A DNA stretch of 60,153 bases from an uncultured Bacilli bacterium. GTDB lineage: Bacteria > Bacillota_I > Bacilli_A > RF39 > UBA660. Below the pieces are notes generated by a model that made no database searches, was not told the DNA's origin, and worked only from the letters and a program-made list of their open reading frames with translations. Positions within the stretch are counted from its first letter, which is position 1; each line of letters begins with the position of its first letter. Below are positions 49,567 through 60,153 of this stretch, piece after piece. Both the position numbers and the translations under genes were made by a program. The stretch lies in assembly GCA_947632345.1 (NCBI GenBank), contig CANROW010000003.1, forward strand, positions 1-60,153. Reading direction: 5' to 3'.

Positions 49567-50396
49567 TTGGCTACAGCAGCATCGATTGAATCATAATAAG
49601 AGCTTACCTCATCTCTAATTACTATACCACCGGCATAAACCATAAATCCTCTTACCATACCTGCCGTAACTTCTTTAATTGCATGAGCATAATCGCCATA
49701 GACATAGAACTCTGTCAAAGTTCCACTATAGTCTTTAATTAAATCATAGTAGAAAGTTGATTCTAAAGACGTAGGCTTAACATCTTTGCCTGGCAACTGA
49801 AAACTGACACCGGCTCCCGTTGGTGAATAAGAGTCATTACTAATTTTAGTGCTGGTCTCACAATATACCGTTATACAATAAGTTTGACTGAAATGTAGAT
49901 CGCCATAGACATATACAACTGGATCAAATCCTATTCCAATAGCATCAAAACTTCTAACCGCTGGAAATTGTCGCCATACTAAATTTACTTTAGCGCGATA
50001 ACGATCACCAGACTTTGATATAGTTGTTGTCATTTTCTTATAAGCTGTTCCAATATAACCATCATATGACAACAATTGTACTGGTCTATTATATTCGTCT
50101 TCACTAATCTGCATGTCATTACTACTCATAATTTTTCCTGTTGCATCATATCTAGTAACGTTGACATAATAATTAGTAGTTGATGATTCAAGTTTACTCT
50201 TGATATCTTTATTATAGTTAAAATCATCTTCTAACATATAGTAAATCTCATTTTCTGTAAACCCCAGTCCCACAAGATTATTATATTCCTCCTCGCTCAT
50301 CTCAATACCATAGTAATTAACATATTTTTCATTAGCAAGAGCAACACATGGTATTAATATTATTAATGATAGCAACATTGTTATTTTCTTTTTCAT
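49548..50396 (-). CDS. Secreted hypothetical protein
   Basis: Sec signal MKKKITMLLSLIILIPCVALA; beta-rich mature part. Confidence 0.75.
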   Translation of the reverse strand: MKKKITMLLSLIILIPCVALANEKYVNYYGIEMSEEEYNNLVGLGFTENEIYYMLEDDFNYNKDIKSKLESSTTNYYVNVTRYDATGKIMSSNDMQISEDEYNRPVQLLSYDGYIGTAYKKMTTTISKSGDRYRAKVNLVWRQFPAVRSFDAIGIGFDPVVYVYGDLHFSQTYCITVYCETSTKISNDSYSPTGAGVSFQLPGKDVKPTSLESTFYYDLIKDYSGTLTEFYVYGDYAHAIKEVTAGMVRGFMVYAGGIVIRDEVSSYYDSIDAAVAKWTGSW

Positions 50397-50481
50397 TTCT
50401 TTTACTCCTTTCGCTTTTCATCATAAAAAGTTTATTAAAATTTAGCCACAACCAGGCATTCGAATTTGGTCGAATTTTATT

Positions 50482-51207
50482 CTACCATATTTTTTTTATT
50501 GAAAAATAAATGTCCATATGCTTAACTACATCTTCGCCTTCAAGATATTTTATTCTTATCCACAAATCGCTTGTTTTTTTCTCTTCACTATATGTCCATT
50601 GGCTATTTACAGTAACAAAAATGGATATATTACGCATATAATCCTGAAGAGTTATCGGTAATTGTTCCGTATTATTTTCAATTGAATCAAGCTCCTCTTT
50701 TTGATAAACTATCCTATCTTTAAAATACAAATCATAACCTATGTAATGAGCACGCGATCCATCATCTTTTCGTAACGCTATATTATTAACTGAAAGATAA
50801 TTAGTTTTATTAATTGATATAAACTTTCCATCCACCGTGAATCTCTCATCACTACTCTTGATATCATAAACATGTACTGTATCATAGTTTTTTATAAAAT
50901 ATACTCCAAATACTAATGATAAAATCAACAATACAATAGAAAGAATAGATAAAGAAATTATTGCAATATTTTTCTTTTTAGATATAGGTATTTTTTCTTT
51001 ATCTTTACCCTCTAATAATTCCGAAACTTCAATGTTTAACATTTCGCATAAACCAGAAAATAAAGAAACATCTGGTAATGCCACTCCACATTCCCATTTA
51101 GATACAGCTTTACTTGATACACCAAGTTTATCTCCTAAATCAGCTTGTGTCATACCAAGAGCTTTTCTCTTTGATTGAATGTATTCCCCTATCTTATTAT
51201 AATCCAT
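50482..51207 (-). CDS. XRE-family HTH regulator with TM and extracellular domain
   Basis: MDYNKIGEYI...MTQADLGDKLGVSSKAVSKWECG..PD; central TM. Confidence 0.85.
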   Translation of the reverse strand: MDYNKIGEYIQSKRKALGMTQADLGDKLGVSSKAVSKWECGVALPDVSLFSGLCEMLNIEVSELLEGKDKEKIPISKKKNIAIISLSILSIVLLILSLVFGVYFIKNYDTVHVYDIKSSDERFTVDGKFISINKTNYLSVNNIALRKDDGSRAHYIGYDLYFKDRIVYQKEELDSIENNTEQLPITLQDYMRNISIFVTVNSQWTYSEEKKTSDLWIRIKYLEGEDVVKHMDIYFSIKKIW

Positions 51208-51303
51208 ACTTCCTAAACTCCTCGCCAACATTCTAACACAAAACGGAAATTTGATTTATCGTAATAATAAAGATAAAAAAAAGAATGTTTTTGCATTCCT
51301 CTG

Positions 51304-51702
51304 TTACAATTTTTTAATTTTTTGATTACTTTTTTCTTCATTTTTATTATGTAATTCATCTTCTTTAAAAGCCATGAATCTAAATAATTTATCGGAATAT
51401 TTATACTCGTGCATACCAAAATGTTTTGGATCAACCGCAACTATTACATATTCATCAAAAGTTGCATCATCATATTTTAAAGCAATGTTTTGCCCCAAAA
51501 TTAATGCTGTAGAATAATTATTTAAATTAGGAACTTTCTCATATAATTTTTTTAATTTAATAATAAAATTAATCTTTGATTTTGGAGAAACATCCCACGA
51601 TTTAGAATTGATAACAAAGTCTCTCTCTTTATCACTAAATTCATCTACATATCGTAAATCTTCTTCTCTTTCTACTAAATCTTTTAAAACAATTTTTGCC
51701 AT
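51304..51702 (-). CDS. Hypothetical protein
   Basis: GGAGGT RBS before MAKIVLK. Confidence 0.65.
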   Translation of the reverse strand: MAKIVLKDLVEREEDLRYVDEFSDKERDFVINSKSWDVSPKSKINFIIKLKKLYEKVPNLNNYSTALILGQNIALKYDDATFDEYVIVAVDPKHFGMHEYKYSDKLFRFMAFKEDELHNKNEEKSNQKIKKL

Positions 51703-51800
51703 ATATACCTCCATTAAGTAAATATATTGTAACATCATATTTTTCTTTTTAAATATGATAAATTAAAATAGCTCTATAACTAAAAGTTATAAATTATTAT

Positions 51801-52889
51801 CTATTTACAGTGTTTAGAGATATTTAAAATTATGCCCATACTACATAGAGTTATTAAAAGGCTTGATCCTCCATAAGATAAAAAAGGTAAAGTTACTCCA
51901 GTTACTGGGATTAATCCCACTACTACCATTAGATTCATGACAGCTTGAATTAAAATTTGAAATGTCATTCCAAAAGTTAAATACTTACAAAATAAATTTT
52001 TACTATTCAAAGCTATCTTTATGCCACAGTATAAAATGAAGATAAAAAATAGGCTGACAATCAATATTCCCATTATTCCTAATTCTTCACTGATGATTGA
52101 AAATATAAAATCAGTTTGGGGTTCAGGTAAATAAAAATGTTTTTGACGTGATTTGAGAAAGCCCAATCCAAAAATTCCACCGGGACCAATAGCATAAAGA
52201 GATTGAATAATTTGAAAACCCGTCCCTAGAGGATCGCTCCAAGGATTAATAAAAGAAATAATGCGATCCATTCGATATGGCGCTATTAAAATTAGAATGA
52301 CTATACCTATGACGCCAATAAAACCAGATAAAAAGAAAAACTTCATATTAGCGCCAGCAATAAATAAAAGTGATAATATACTCACAACAATAATCATTCC
52401 TGTTCCAAAATCAGGTTGCATCATTATTAATAAAAAAACTAATCCTAATAACAATAACACCGGCAGTATTCCTTTGAAAAAACTTTTTATATTCTTGCCA
52501 CTATTACTTAAATATTTACTTGTCAAAATAATTAACGCCAATTTCATAAACTCACTTGGTTGAATTCCCAAGGAACCAATACCAAACCAACTTCTACTCC
52601 CATTTCGAATCGTCCCTATTCCAGGAATTAAAACAAGGATTAAAAGGATTAAACAAAAAATAAAGAAATGAGTTGCATACTTATAATATATCCTATAATC
52701 AATTTTACTTATAACAATCATTAGAACAATTCCAATAATTAGAAATATGCTCTGTAATTTTACATATCTAAAGGCATCATTAAATTTGTAATCAGCCCAT
52801 ATATAAGAAGAAGAATAAATCATAATAATTCCAAATATACAAAAAAGTACTACAGCAGCAAAGAGATATTTATCAATATGTTTATTCAT
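51801..52889 (-). CDS. ftsW: SEDS family peptidoglycan glycosyltransferase FtsW/SpoVE
   Basis: GSRSW, IQPSEFMK, QPDFGT, LPEPQTDFIF, LPFLSYGGSS. Confidence 0.9.
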   Translation of the reverse strand: MNKHIDKYLFAAVVLFCIFGIIMIYSSSYIWADYKFNDAFRYVKLQSIFLIIGIVLMIVISKIDYRIYYKYATHFFIFCLILLILVLIPGIGTIRNGSRSWFGIGSLGIQPSEFMKLALIILTSKYLSNSGKNIKSFFKGILPVLLLLGLVFLLIMMQPDFGTGMIIVVSILSLLFIAGANMKFFFLSGFIGVIGIVILILIAPYRMDRIISFINPWSDPLGTGFQIIQSLYAIGPGGIFGLGFLKSRQKHFYLPEPQTDFIFSIISEELGIMGILIVSLFFIFILYCGIKIALNSKNLFCKYLTFGMTFQILIQAVMNLMVVVGLIPVTGVTLPFLSYGGSSLLITLCSMGIILNISKHCK

Positions 52890-52959
52890 TAAACCACCTT
52901 GCTATATTTTATAGAAGATAGTTCGAGAATATGCCAAGAAAAAAATAGACAAAGTCTAT

Positions 52960-53958
52960 TTATAACCAAACACCGAAGAAGATTCCGGCCATTGTGAGAA
53001 TGAGTCCAACGGCCCAAAACAATTTGACAATATCCGTTTCTTGCCACCCTAATTTCTCAAAATGGTGATGAATGGGTGTCATTAAAAATAACTTTTTCTT
53101 AAATAAATATACCCAAATAACTTGTAAGATAACACTTAAAGTCTCAACTACAAAAACGCCAGCAACCACTAATAATGTAACCTCACGATGCGTAAGGATA
53201 GCTACTGCTCCCATTACTGCTCCAAGAGCTAACGATCCTGTATCTCCCATAAAAACCTTCGCTGGATAAGTGTTAAAAAAGAGGAAACCTACCAATGAAC
53301 CGACTAATATAAAAGTGAATATTCCTATTTCTTCAAAACCTACCATTAATGATATCAAACTGAAAGCGATAAAAGCTATAGCTGATAGACCGCCAGCTAA
53401 ACCATCTAATCCATCAGTCAAATTAACCGCATTACTAGCACCGACGAGAATAAACAATAGGAAGAGTCCATAAAACCATCCCATTTCAATATGAATACCT
53501 AAGGTTGAAACGACAAGAGCTGTTTTACCTCCCGTCTTTATATATAAATAGAAAAAACCTAAAGCAATAGCTATCTGCAACAACAATTTTTGAAAAGTTG
53601 TCAATCCTTCATTATTATGTTTCTTATGGCTCAAGTAATCATCCAAGAATCCCAAGAAAGCATACCCTACAAACACTAATAAAATAATAGCTAAATTATG
53701 AGTAAATTCAATTTTTTTTGTCAAAATCAAAATCAAAGTAGTCAAAAGCGTTGGAATTATAAAAATTAAACCACCAAAGGTTGGAGTTCCTTCTTTCTTT
53801 TTATGGTTTTCACCAACAAAAACACTTATTCTTTGTCCCAACTTTAAATTCCTTAAAATAGGTATCAATATGATACCGAGAACTAAGGATCCTAAGAAAC
53901 CAATCATAATTGCAAAAACCGCTTTAGTTAACAGTAGCAATCCCGCATTACTTACCAT
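52960..53958 (-). CDS. mraY: Phospho-N-acetylmuramoyl-pentapeptide transferase
   Basis: KEGTPTFGG, GFLDD, NAVNLTDGLDGL, VFMGDTGS, PIHHHFE. Confidence 0.96.
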   Translation of the reverse strand: MVSNAGLLLLTKAVFAIMIGFLGSLVLGIILIPILRNLKLGQRISVFVGENHKKKEGTPTFGGLIFIIPTLLTTLILILTKKIEFTHNLAIILLVFVGYAFLGFLDDYLSHKKHNNEGLTTFQKLLLQIAIALGFFYLYIKTGGKTALVVSTLGIHIEMGWFYGLFLLFILVGASNAVNLTDGLDGLAGGLSAIAFIAFSLISLMVGFEEIGIFTFILVGSLVGFLFFNTYPAKVFMGDTGSLALGAVMGAVAILTHREVTLLVVAGVFVVETLSVILQVIWVYLFKKKLFLMTPIHHHFEKLGWQETDIVKLFWAVGLILTMAGIFFGVWL

Positions 53959-54205
53959 GAAAATCACTCCAAATCCGTATATTGAATTATACTATACTTA
54001 TATGACAATATCTCGTTTTTTTTCCTAATTTTACATAAGTATACATAATTATTTTTTACAATTGTATCAATCAATATTCTTCAGTCATCAAAACTTACTT
54101 ATTCAATTATAACATGATAATGTAATAATAAAAATCTATTTTTTTATTTGAATGAACTTTTTTCTTGTTATAAAAAAGATTACTATAAATAGTAATCTAA
54201 TCATC

Positions 54206-54955
54206 TCATTTCTTTTGAATACCAAGATTTTCCAAGAAAGAAGCATATTCATCATATTCAGTAGCACCAGCATTAGTATCAATAACTTTACCATTTTTTA
54301 CTGCGTATGTCTGTGGTGTTGAACCAAAAGCAGTTTCTTCAGCTGTAAAGGCATCATCCTTAGCTACAATTTCAGAAGCATAAGTACCATAGTCAGAGTT
54401 TTCAGTACTCATATAATATAACGTATAGTCATAATCTTTAATAGATTGTTGTAAGTTTGGTAAGAATCTTTGAGAATATGGACAACCGCTTCGACCAACG
54501 TTGACGATATATAATTTATCATCATTTTTATTTAAAATATCAAGGAATTCTTTTGTTGTAATTTCTTCGAACATACTAGTGTCGTAACCATCATCAGTTT
54601 CAGTTGTCTCTTCTGGACTATCATTTTTATTACCCGTTACAACGACTAGCGTAACAATTGAAATAATTACAGAAACAACTGATACACATAGAGTTATAAA
54701 TGCTAACATTTTAATTATCTCAAGGTCATCATGAGGCTTTCTAGTTTTGATAACTTCTGATTTTTTTTCTTTAACTTTTGGTGTCTCTTCTACTAATTCA
54801 TCTTCATCATCATATTCTTCAAAATCTTCAACATCTTCAATATCTACTTCTTCTTCAACTATCTTTTTTCTCTTACTAGTAACTTCTTCATTTTTCTTTT
54901 CTGGTTTAGTTTTTTTTGTTGTACTAGTTTTATTTGTACTCTTTTTATTTGCCAT
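54206..54955 (-). CDS. Membrane-anchored thioredoxin-fold protein (CxxS)
   Basis: Charged N-terminus, TM, VGRSGCPYS, cis-Pro motif STPQT. Confidence 0.7.
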   Translation of the reverse strand: MANKKSTNKTSTTKKTKPEKKNEEVTSKRKKIVEEEVDIEDVEDFEEYDDEDELVEETPKVKEKKSEVIKTRKPHDDLEIIKMLAFITLCVSVVSVIISIVTLVVVTGNKNDSPEETTETDDGYDTSMFEEITTKEFLDILNKNDDKLYIVNVGRSGCPYSQRFLPNLQQSIKDYDYTLYYMSTENSDYGTYASEIVAKDDAFTAEETAFGSTPQTYAVKNGKVIDTNAGATEYDEYASFLENLGIQKK

Positions 54956-55036
54956 TGTTTTACCCTCCTAAATTGAATATAAACTAAAATACGACATAAA
55001 TCAATAATTTTAAAAAAAATAATGGTTTTTTCACCA

Positions 55037-56152
55037 TTATTTCATAATATTTAAAATAAATTTCGCAACGCTATTTGTATATCCATGCCTTTGGGGCTTA
55101 ACATTCTCCAAAGCAAATTTTTTGACTTTTTTTAAATCATATTTTTTATTTTCAATCGCTTCAATAATTACTTTTGGATTATCAGAAATCACCCCTGGCA
55201 TTTCATCATAATTCATATAAAAATCGCGATTGTTAACATAAGTTTGTCTATCATAAGCATAGAAAAATAATGGTTTATTCAAAAGAGCAATTTCGAAGAC
55301 AACTGCTGAATAATCAGTTATCACATAGTCACAAGCGGCAGCAACTTCAATCGTTGAAAAATCTCTATCAAATATAATTCTTTTGTCGTCAATGACAGTC
55401 TTTGATAGAGGATGTAATTTTATGACTAAATTATATTTTTTGAAATCAACTTCATCAATCAATTTTTGAATATCTTTACGCATACCTGTATTTTTTCTAA
55501 AAGTTGGACAATATAAGATATTTTTTTTCTTTTTCAAAATTGGATACTTCTTCAAGACGCGTTCACGATTATCTTTTATTCTTTTCGCATCAATAATGAG
55601 ATCAACTTTAGGTGGTGGCATAACTACCATTTTATCAACTGATACATTAAAAGCTTCTGCAAAATTTTTTAAACATTGTTGACTGCTTGTAAAGACATAG
55701 TCATAATTCTCATGCATATGCATCCATTTAGCTATTTTACTATTACTACCCTCTTTTTGATCAAGAATACTATAACCGAACTTTTTTAATGATCCCATCG
55801 CGTGCCACATTTGGACTACTTTCAATCTCTTTTTATGTTTTAAAACACTTATGCAAATGCAATATGTATCAAGTATGACGACTTTACTGGTCGCAATGTG
55901 ATACATCTGTCTAAACATATGAAATGCGTAATTAATTCGATTACGGATTCCGGGTTCTAATCTTTTACAAAGAATGACGATTTCAATACTGGCATCTTTT
56001 TTCTTAATAGCTTCACTGAGCAATTTAAAATCTAGTGATGGTTCATTTTTTTCCCGACTAATAAAGGTTATTTTATTTTTAGTAGGAAATAACTTAATAA
56101 ATAAATAAATGATATTCAGCAAAAAGATTCCTAAATGTATTAATATACCCAT
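55037..56152 (-). CDS. CDP-glycerol:glycerophosphate glycerophosphotransferase family (TagB/TagF-like)
   Basis: QMWHAMGSLKKFG, LYCPTFR, KLHP, ITDYS. Confidence 0.9.
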   Translation of the reverse strand: MGILIHLGIFLLNIIYLFIKLFPTKNKITFISREKNEPSLDFKLLSEAIKKKDASIEIVILCKRLEPGIRNRINYAFHMFRQMYHIATSKVVILDTYCICISVLKHKKRLKVVQMWHAMGSLKKFGYSILDQKEGSNSKIAKWMHMHENYDYVFTSSQQCLKNFAEAFNVSVDKMVVMPPPKVDLIIDAKRIKDNRERVLKKYPILKKKKNILYCPTFRKNTGMRKDIQKLIDEVDFKKYNLVIKLHPLSKTVIDDKRIIFDRDFSTIEVAAACDYVITDYSAVVFEIALLNKPLFFYAYDRQTYVNNRDFYMNYDEMPGVISDNPKVIIEAIENKKYDLKKVKKFALENVKPQRHGYTNSVAKFILNIMK

Positions 56153-56215
56153 ACCATCACTCTTTCTAAAATAATTATATATGTGCCGAAACTAAAAAAC
56201 AACCATATTTTTTTA

Positions 56216-57352
56216 TCATTTGATCTTTATATAGTAATTGACAACTCTTTCAGTCGAATGACCATCACAAGCTGAACAAAAATAATCTTTAAATGTTTTT
56301 AATTTCTTTTTATCAATGCTTTCATCTTTTATATACTTTACTAAATCTTCTTGATTCTTGGCAACACTGCCATAGGTATACTTATCAAAAGAATAATAAA
56401 AATCGCGACTCTGACGATAGTCATCCAAATCTGGTACAAAAAAGATGACTGGTTTTTCAAAGAAAGAATACTCAAATATCACTGATGAATAATCGGTTAT
56501 TAAAGTATCAGTTACAAATAAGAGATCATTTATTTCTCTTTCATCACTTAAATCCAAATAAAAATCGTCATTAGCAAAGTCATAATTAGGTCTATTTTTA
56601 ATAAAGGGATGTAATTTAATTATGCATATATATTGTTTTCCTAGACTTCTTTTCAATTTAGAAAAATCAAGCCAATTGAAGTCGTAATAGGCAACATTTT
56701 GTCCTTTACCACGGAAGGTTGGAGCAAATAGAATCACTTTTTTCTTTCTTAAAACGGGATACTTTTCATAAAGTTTTTCTTTTACTCTTTTTTCATATTC
56801 CTTATCAAAAAAGATATCGGTTCGAGGAATTCCTAGGGCTTTAACTTTTTCAACATCCATATTAAAAGCTTCAGCATAATCTTTTCTAATCTTTTCGCTA
56901 CTGACAATGGCTCCAGTATAACCTCGATGCGTTAGAGTCTTTATTCCTCCTCGACTATATCCCACGCTTTTAAAGGCTCCCATCGCATGCCACAATTGAA
57001 TTAATTCTGTATCTTTTCGAAGTTTTAAAGCATATATGATGGGATAAAAATCATCAACAAAAATATATTTGGATTTAGCTATTTCTTGACATAAATATTT
57101 TATTTCTTGAAAACTTTTTTTAGTTCTTAAACTCTTCTTTAAACAAGTTTTTATGACAATCTCATCATTTTTTTTCAATTCATCATAAATAAATTGGAAA
57201 TTACCACTAAGATCTTGTCGCGAATCTGATAGCAATAAGACCTGTTTAGGATTGATACTAGTTCTTCGTTTATAGTAATCATATAAAATGATATAAGGAC
57301 TTTTTAGCACTTTCTGTAAAAAGATTTTGATAATTGATTTCATCTTTTTCAT
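56216..57352 (-). CDS. CDP-glycerol/ribitol phosphotransferase family (TagB/TarL-like)
   Basis: QLWHAMGAFKSVG, GIPRTD, LFAPTFRG, ITDYSSV. Confidence 0.9.
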   Translation of the reverse strand: MKKMKSIIKIFLQKVLKSPYIILYDYYKRRTSINPKQVLLLSDSRQDLSGNFQFIYDELKKNDEIVIKTCLKKSLRTKKSFQEIKYLCQEIAKSKYIFVDDFYPIIYALKLRKDTELIQLWHAMGAFKSVGYSRGGIKTLTHRGYTGAIVSSEKIRKDYAEAFNMDVEKVKALGIPRTDIFFDKEYEKRVKEKLYEKYPVLRKKKVILFAPTFRGKGQNVAYYDFNWLDFSKLKRSLGKQYICIIKLHPFIKNRPNYDFANDDFYLDLSDEREINDLLFVTDTLITDYSSVIFEYSFFEKPVIFFVPDLDDYRQSRDFYYSFDKYTYGSVAKNQEDLVKYIKDESIDKKKLKTFKDYFCSACDGHSTERVVNYYIKIK

Positions 57353-57362
57353 AATTCACTCA

Positions 57363-59960
57363 CTACTCATCTCTTATTAAAGAATAAATTTTATCACAAG
57401 GATGATCTATCTTTAAGAAAAAATTATTCATTCTTTTAACAAATACTTTTTCTGGTTGAAAATTATTTTTTATAACTCTATCTATCTCTTTCAATAGTTC
57501 TTTTTCATCTAGACAGAGATTGCCAAACGCATCTTTGTAGTTCAAATCTAGTTCGCGATATGAATGAAGTCCAGCTTTAAACTCAACCATATCAGGAACA
57601 AAATAAATTATTGGTCTTCGAAGTTTGACAAAGTCAAATTGAAAAGAAGAAAAATCAGTTATAAATAATTTATATTCACTTACATTAGTCTCATCAAAAT
57701 TTAAGTTGATATACGTCAATTCATTCAAATCAAAATATTTAACATACTCTTTAAAAATGGGATGAAGTTTAAATTCTAATATCAAATTTTCTTTTTTTAA
57801 TATCTTTTCTAATTCTTGTGAATGTAATAAAGCATAATTCTTTTTAAAGAAATTAGATTTTAAAAATTCATTAACCTTTAACTCGCGTTTGTTACGAATT
57901 AAATCACCAATTAAATACTTGCGCCAAGAAGGAGCATATAAGATTTTATTCTGCAATTCACCTTTTAAAGATTCATTTTCCATTCGAGGCATTCCTGATA
58001 AAATTAAATCATCTTTATCATAATGATAATTCTTAATTAAATTATCGACCTCAAAATTTGTAGAAACAATAAATTTATCTATTTCCGTAAATTCCTTTGA
58101 ATACATTTTTAATAATTTAGCGTGTAAAATGCCGTGTTGAAGATATACTAAATCATATTTAACCATCGAGCGATACTGTTGTATTCCTTTGTTGTATGGA
58201 CAATATACTTGTAAATCAATAAAAGAAGTTATAATCTTTTGAGCTTTTAAAAATAACATCTTGTGTTTAAATGATCTAAATTTTAATAATTTTTTTTGTT
58301 CTTCTTGAGAAAATTGATCCTTTATTTTGTCAAAATCGTCATTATATACATAGTAACGATCAATACCATCTCTCTTATTAAAATCGTGTTTAAATTGGAC
58401 ATAGGCATTATCAAAATTACCACTCTTATCAGAGTATAGCCACACCTTATTTCTGTTAAAATACATAATATTTATGAATTTATATATAAAAGCTGGATAT
58501 TTATATATTCTGGTATTAGCTAAATCATAGATTAAACCATTTATTAGTGTCAAAATATTTTTTGATATTAACTTTAATTTATTACCTTTAAATACCAAGC
58601 ACACTTTATGATCATAGACTCTATTCGTAGTAAACTTATCATAATCAAATTTAAGAGGAATTTCTTTATTATTGATGAGTACATAAAAAGATAATTCTTT
58701 AATATTTTTAGTATCTAATCGCAAATTAAAACCATATACATTGATGATATCACTATGGACAAAATTATTAGCAATAATCGCCAATTTTTCTTTTTTTATT
58801 TGACCATCATCATAAACAATATTGATAAAGGCTTCTGGTGCTTGAGCAAGAAATAAAGCACTCTTAAATGTTCCCATTAGTGATAATTGACCATTTTTAC
58901 TTTTGAATCTGGTTATTGTACATTTCACATCTTTTTCTTTTTCAATTGAGACATTACCAGTAACAACATCATAATGATTTTCATCGTCAACTCTTACAGC
59001 TAATTTGTCACCTTTAAGTTTTAAAATACACTGTTTATAAAGGATATCGGTATTAGGACAATTAACTATGACATCATCATCAATTGTACTTACTATTTTT
59101 TTAATGCGCTTCATCGCGTCATCAAACTTTTTTCCTTCATAATGATGTGGTATTAATAGATCATCTCTAACCCGCCATTTCAAAGTACTGACGATTACAC
59201 CTTGAATATATCTATGAACCCCATTCTCGTTTTTATATTTTTTTATCAATCTTTCAAAATAGGAAGTGAAATTTTCAAAACAATAATAAGGATAATTTTT
59301 AGTAGCTGAGGAACTTACCCCGTGTTGTCGATAATAATAAATAGCTTCTCTAACAAAGCCAATTTTTTCTTTGCGCTTCACCAATTCCGTATCAAAATTT
59401 TGATCTTCAGATAAATCCATATTCACATCGAATAGACATCTATCTTTTTCATCGTTTTTAAACATGATATTAATGGTTGACTGATCCAAATAGATATATT
59501 CATTAACATCATAGATTCCCGTTCCTTTATCATATAGTTTGTAGCGAGGACTTTTTCTTCTTCTACCGTTTTTACAAAAATAAAGAGGATATGTCACAAG
59601 ATCTATCTTTTCATAATTATTATCAAAAAAAGAAATTAAATTTTTTATTGTTCTTCTCGAAAGATAATCATCGGAATCTAAGAGCATTATATATTTACCA
59701 CTAGCTTGATTAATACCCTTATTTCGAGCTGATGAAACGCCTTGATTCTTTTGCGAAATCAAGCGGATATTTGGATATTGTGCAGCATACCTTTGACAAA
59801 TTGCTTCGCTATTATCTGTTGAACCATCATTTATCAATAATACCTCTATTTTAGAAAATCTATATGTTTGAGCAATGACAGATTTGATACATTTCTCTAA
59901 ATATCTCTCACTATTATATATGGGAATTATTACTGTCACATCATATTTATATTTTTTCAT
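57363..59960 (-). CDS. Bifunctional GT2 glycosyltransferase / CDP-glycerol glycerophosphotransferase (TagF-like)
   Basis: N-terminal IIPIYN..NDGSTD..DSDD (GT2); C-terminal YLQHG, GMPR, YAPSWR, ITDFSS. Confidence 0.9.
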   Translation of the reverse strand: MKKYKYDVTVIIPIYNSERYLEKCIKSVIAQTYRFSKIEVLLINDGSTDNSEAICQRYAAQYPNIRLISQKNQGVSSARNKGINQASGKYIMLLDSDDYLSRRTIKNLISFFDNNYEKIDLVTYPLYFCKNGRRRKSPRYKLYDKGTGIYDVNEYIYLDQSTINIMFKNDEKDRCLFDVNMDLSEDQNFDTELVKRKEKIGFVREAIYYYRQHGVSSSATKNYPYYCFENFTSYFERLIKKYKNENGVHRYIQGVIVSTLKWRVRDDLLIPHHYEGKKFDDAMKRIKKIVSTIDDDVIVNCPNTDILYKQCILKLKGDKLAVRVDDENHYDVVTGNVSIEKEKDVKCTITRFKSKNGQLSLMGTFKSALFLAQAPEAFINIVYDDGQIKKEKLAIIANNFVHSDIINVYGFNLRLDTKNIKELSFYVLINNKEIPLKFDYDKFTTNRVYDHKVCLVFKGNKLKLISKNILTLINGLIYDLANTRIYKYPAFIYKFINIMYFNRNKVWLYSDKSGNFDNAYVQFKHDFNKRDGIDRYYVYNDDFDKIKDQFSQEEQKKLLKFRSFKHKMLFLKAQKIITSFIDLQVYCPYNKGIQQYRSMVKYDLVYLQHGILHAKLLKMYSKEFTEIDKFIVSTNFEVDNLIKNYHYDKDDLILSGMPRMENESLKGELQNKILYAPSWRKYLIGDLIRNKRELKVNEFLKSNFFKKNYALLHSQELEKILKKENLILEFKLHPIFKEYVKYFDLNELTYINLNFDETNVSEYKLFITDFSSFQFDFVKLRRPIIYFVPDMVEFKAGLHSYRELDLNYKDAFGNLCLDEKELLKEIDRVIKNNFQPEKVFVKRMNNFFLKIDHPCDKIYSLIRDE

Positions 59961-60153
59961 TTAATCACCTAGCCTAAATCCAATATCATCTTTATTACAT
60001 CAGCAAAATTTAAACACATACTATATTAAGTATAATCAAAGAATCCATAAATTTCAATATTTTCAAAAAGCATCACTGTAATGTTACAATTGATGTGACA
60101 CCGATTAATATATACAAAAAGCGATTGATCCAGTAAAATGTTAATTGAAACAA

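Noticed and set aside
59961-60153. Possible 3' end of a membrane-protein gene at the window edge
   Set aside because: Two short minus-strand frames are open, but neither can be supported without upstream sequence

Overview
AT-rich chromosomal segment, read in standard code 11, from a walled Bacillota bacterium. The gene content suggests a reduced Bacilli lineage such as RF39, but this is inference. Almost all genes lie on the minus strand. The housekeeping backbone is deoD, galE, serS with a Ser T-box, dnaB, uppP, lon, pnp, rpsO, glyQS with a short T-box, ftsW, mraY, teichoic-acid transferases, tRNA-Lys(CTT) and tRNA-Gln(CTG). The most striking region is a 14.5 kb divergent locus at 15382-29906. 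Its leftward operon encodes an acidic-IDR/VWA protein, a MoxR-like AAA+ ATPase, four ankyrin proteins (one frameshifted) and three tandem orphan paralogs with variable loops. Its rightward pair encodes cytoplasmic BspA-type LRR proteins that share a conserved C-terminal 'LGKxCNCCAHVAG' domain. The tandem duplications left readable footprints in the spacers. An unannotated type I toxin-antitoxin-like module sits at about 35281-35593, with a 30-aa hydrophobic peptide, a sequestered RBS, and an antisense promoter and terminator. No CRISPR array, rRNA, integrase or transposase was seen.
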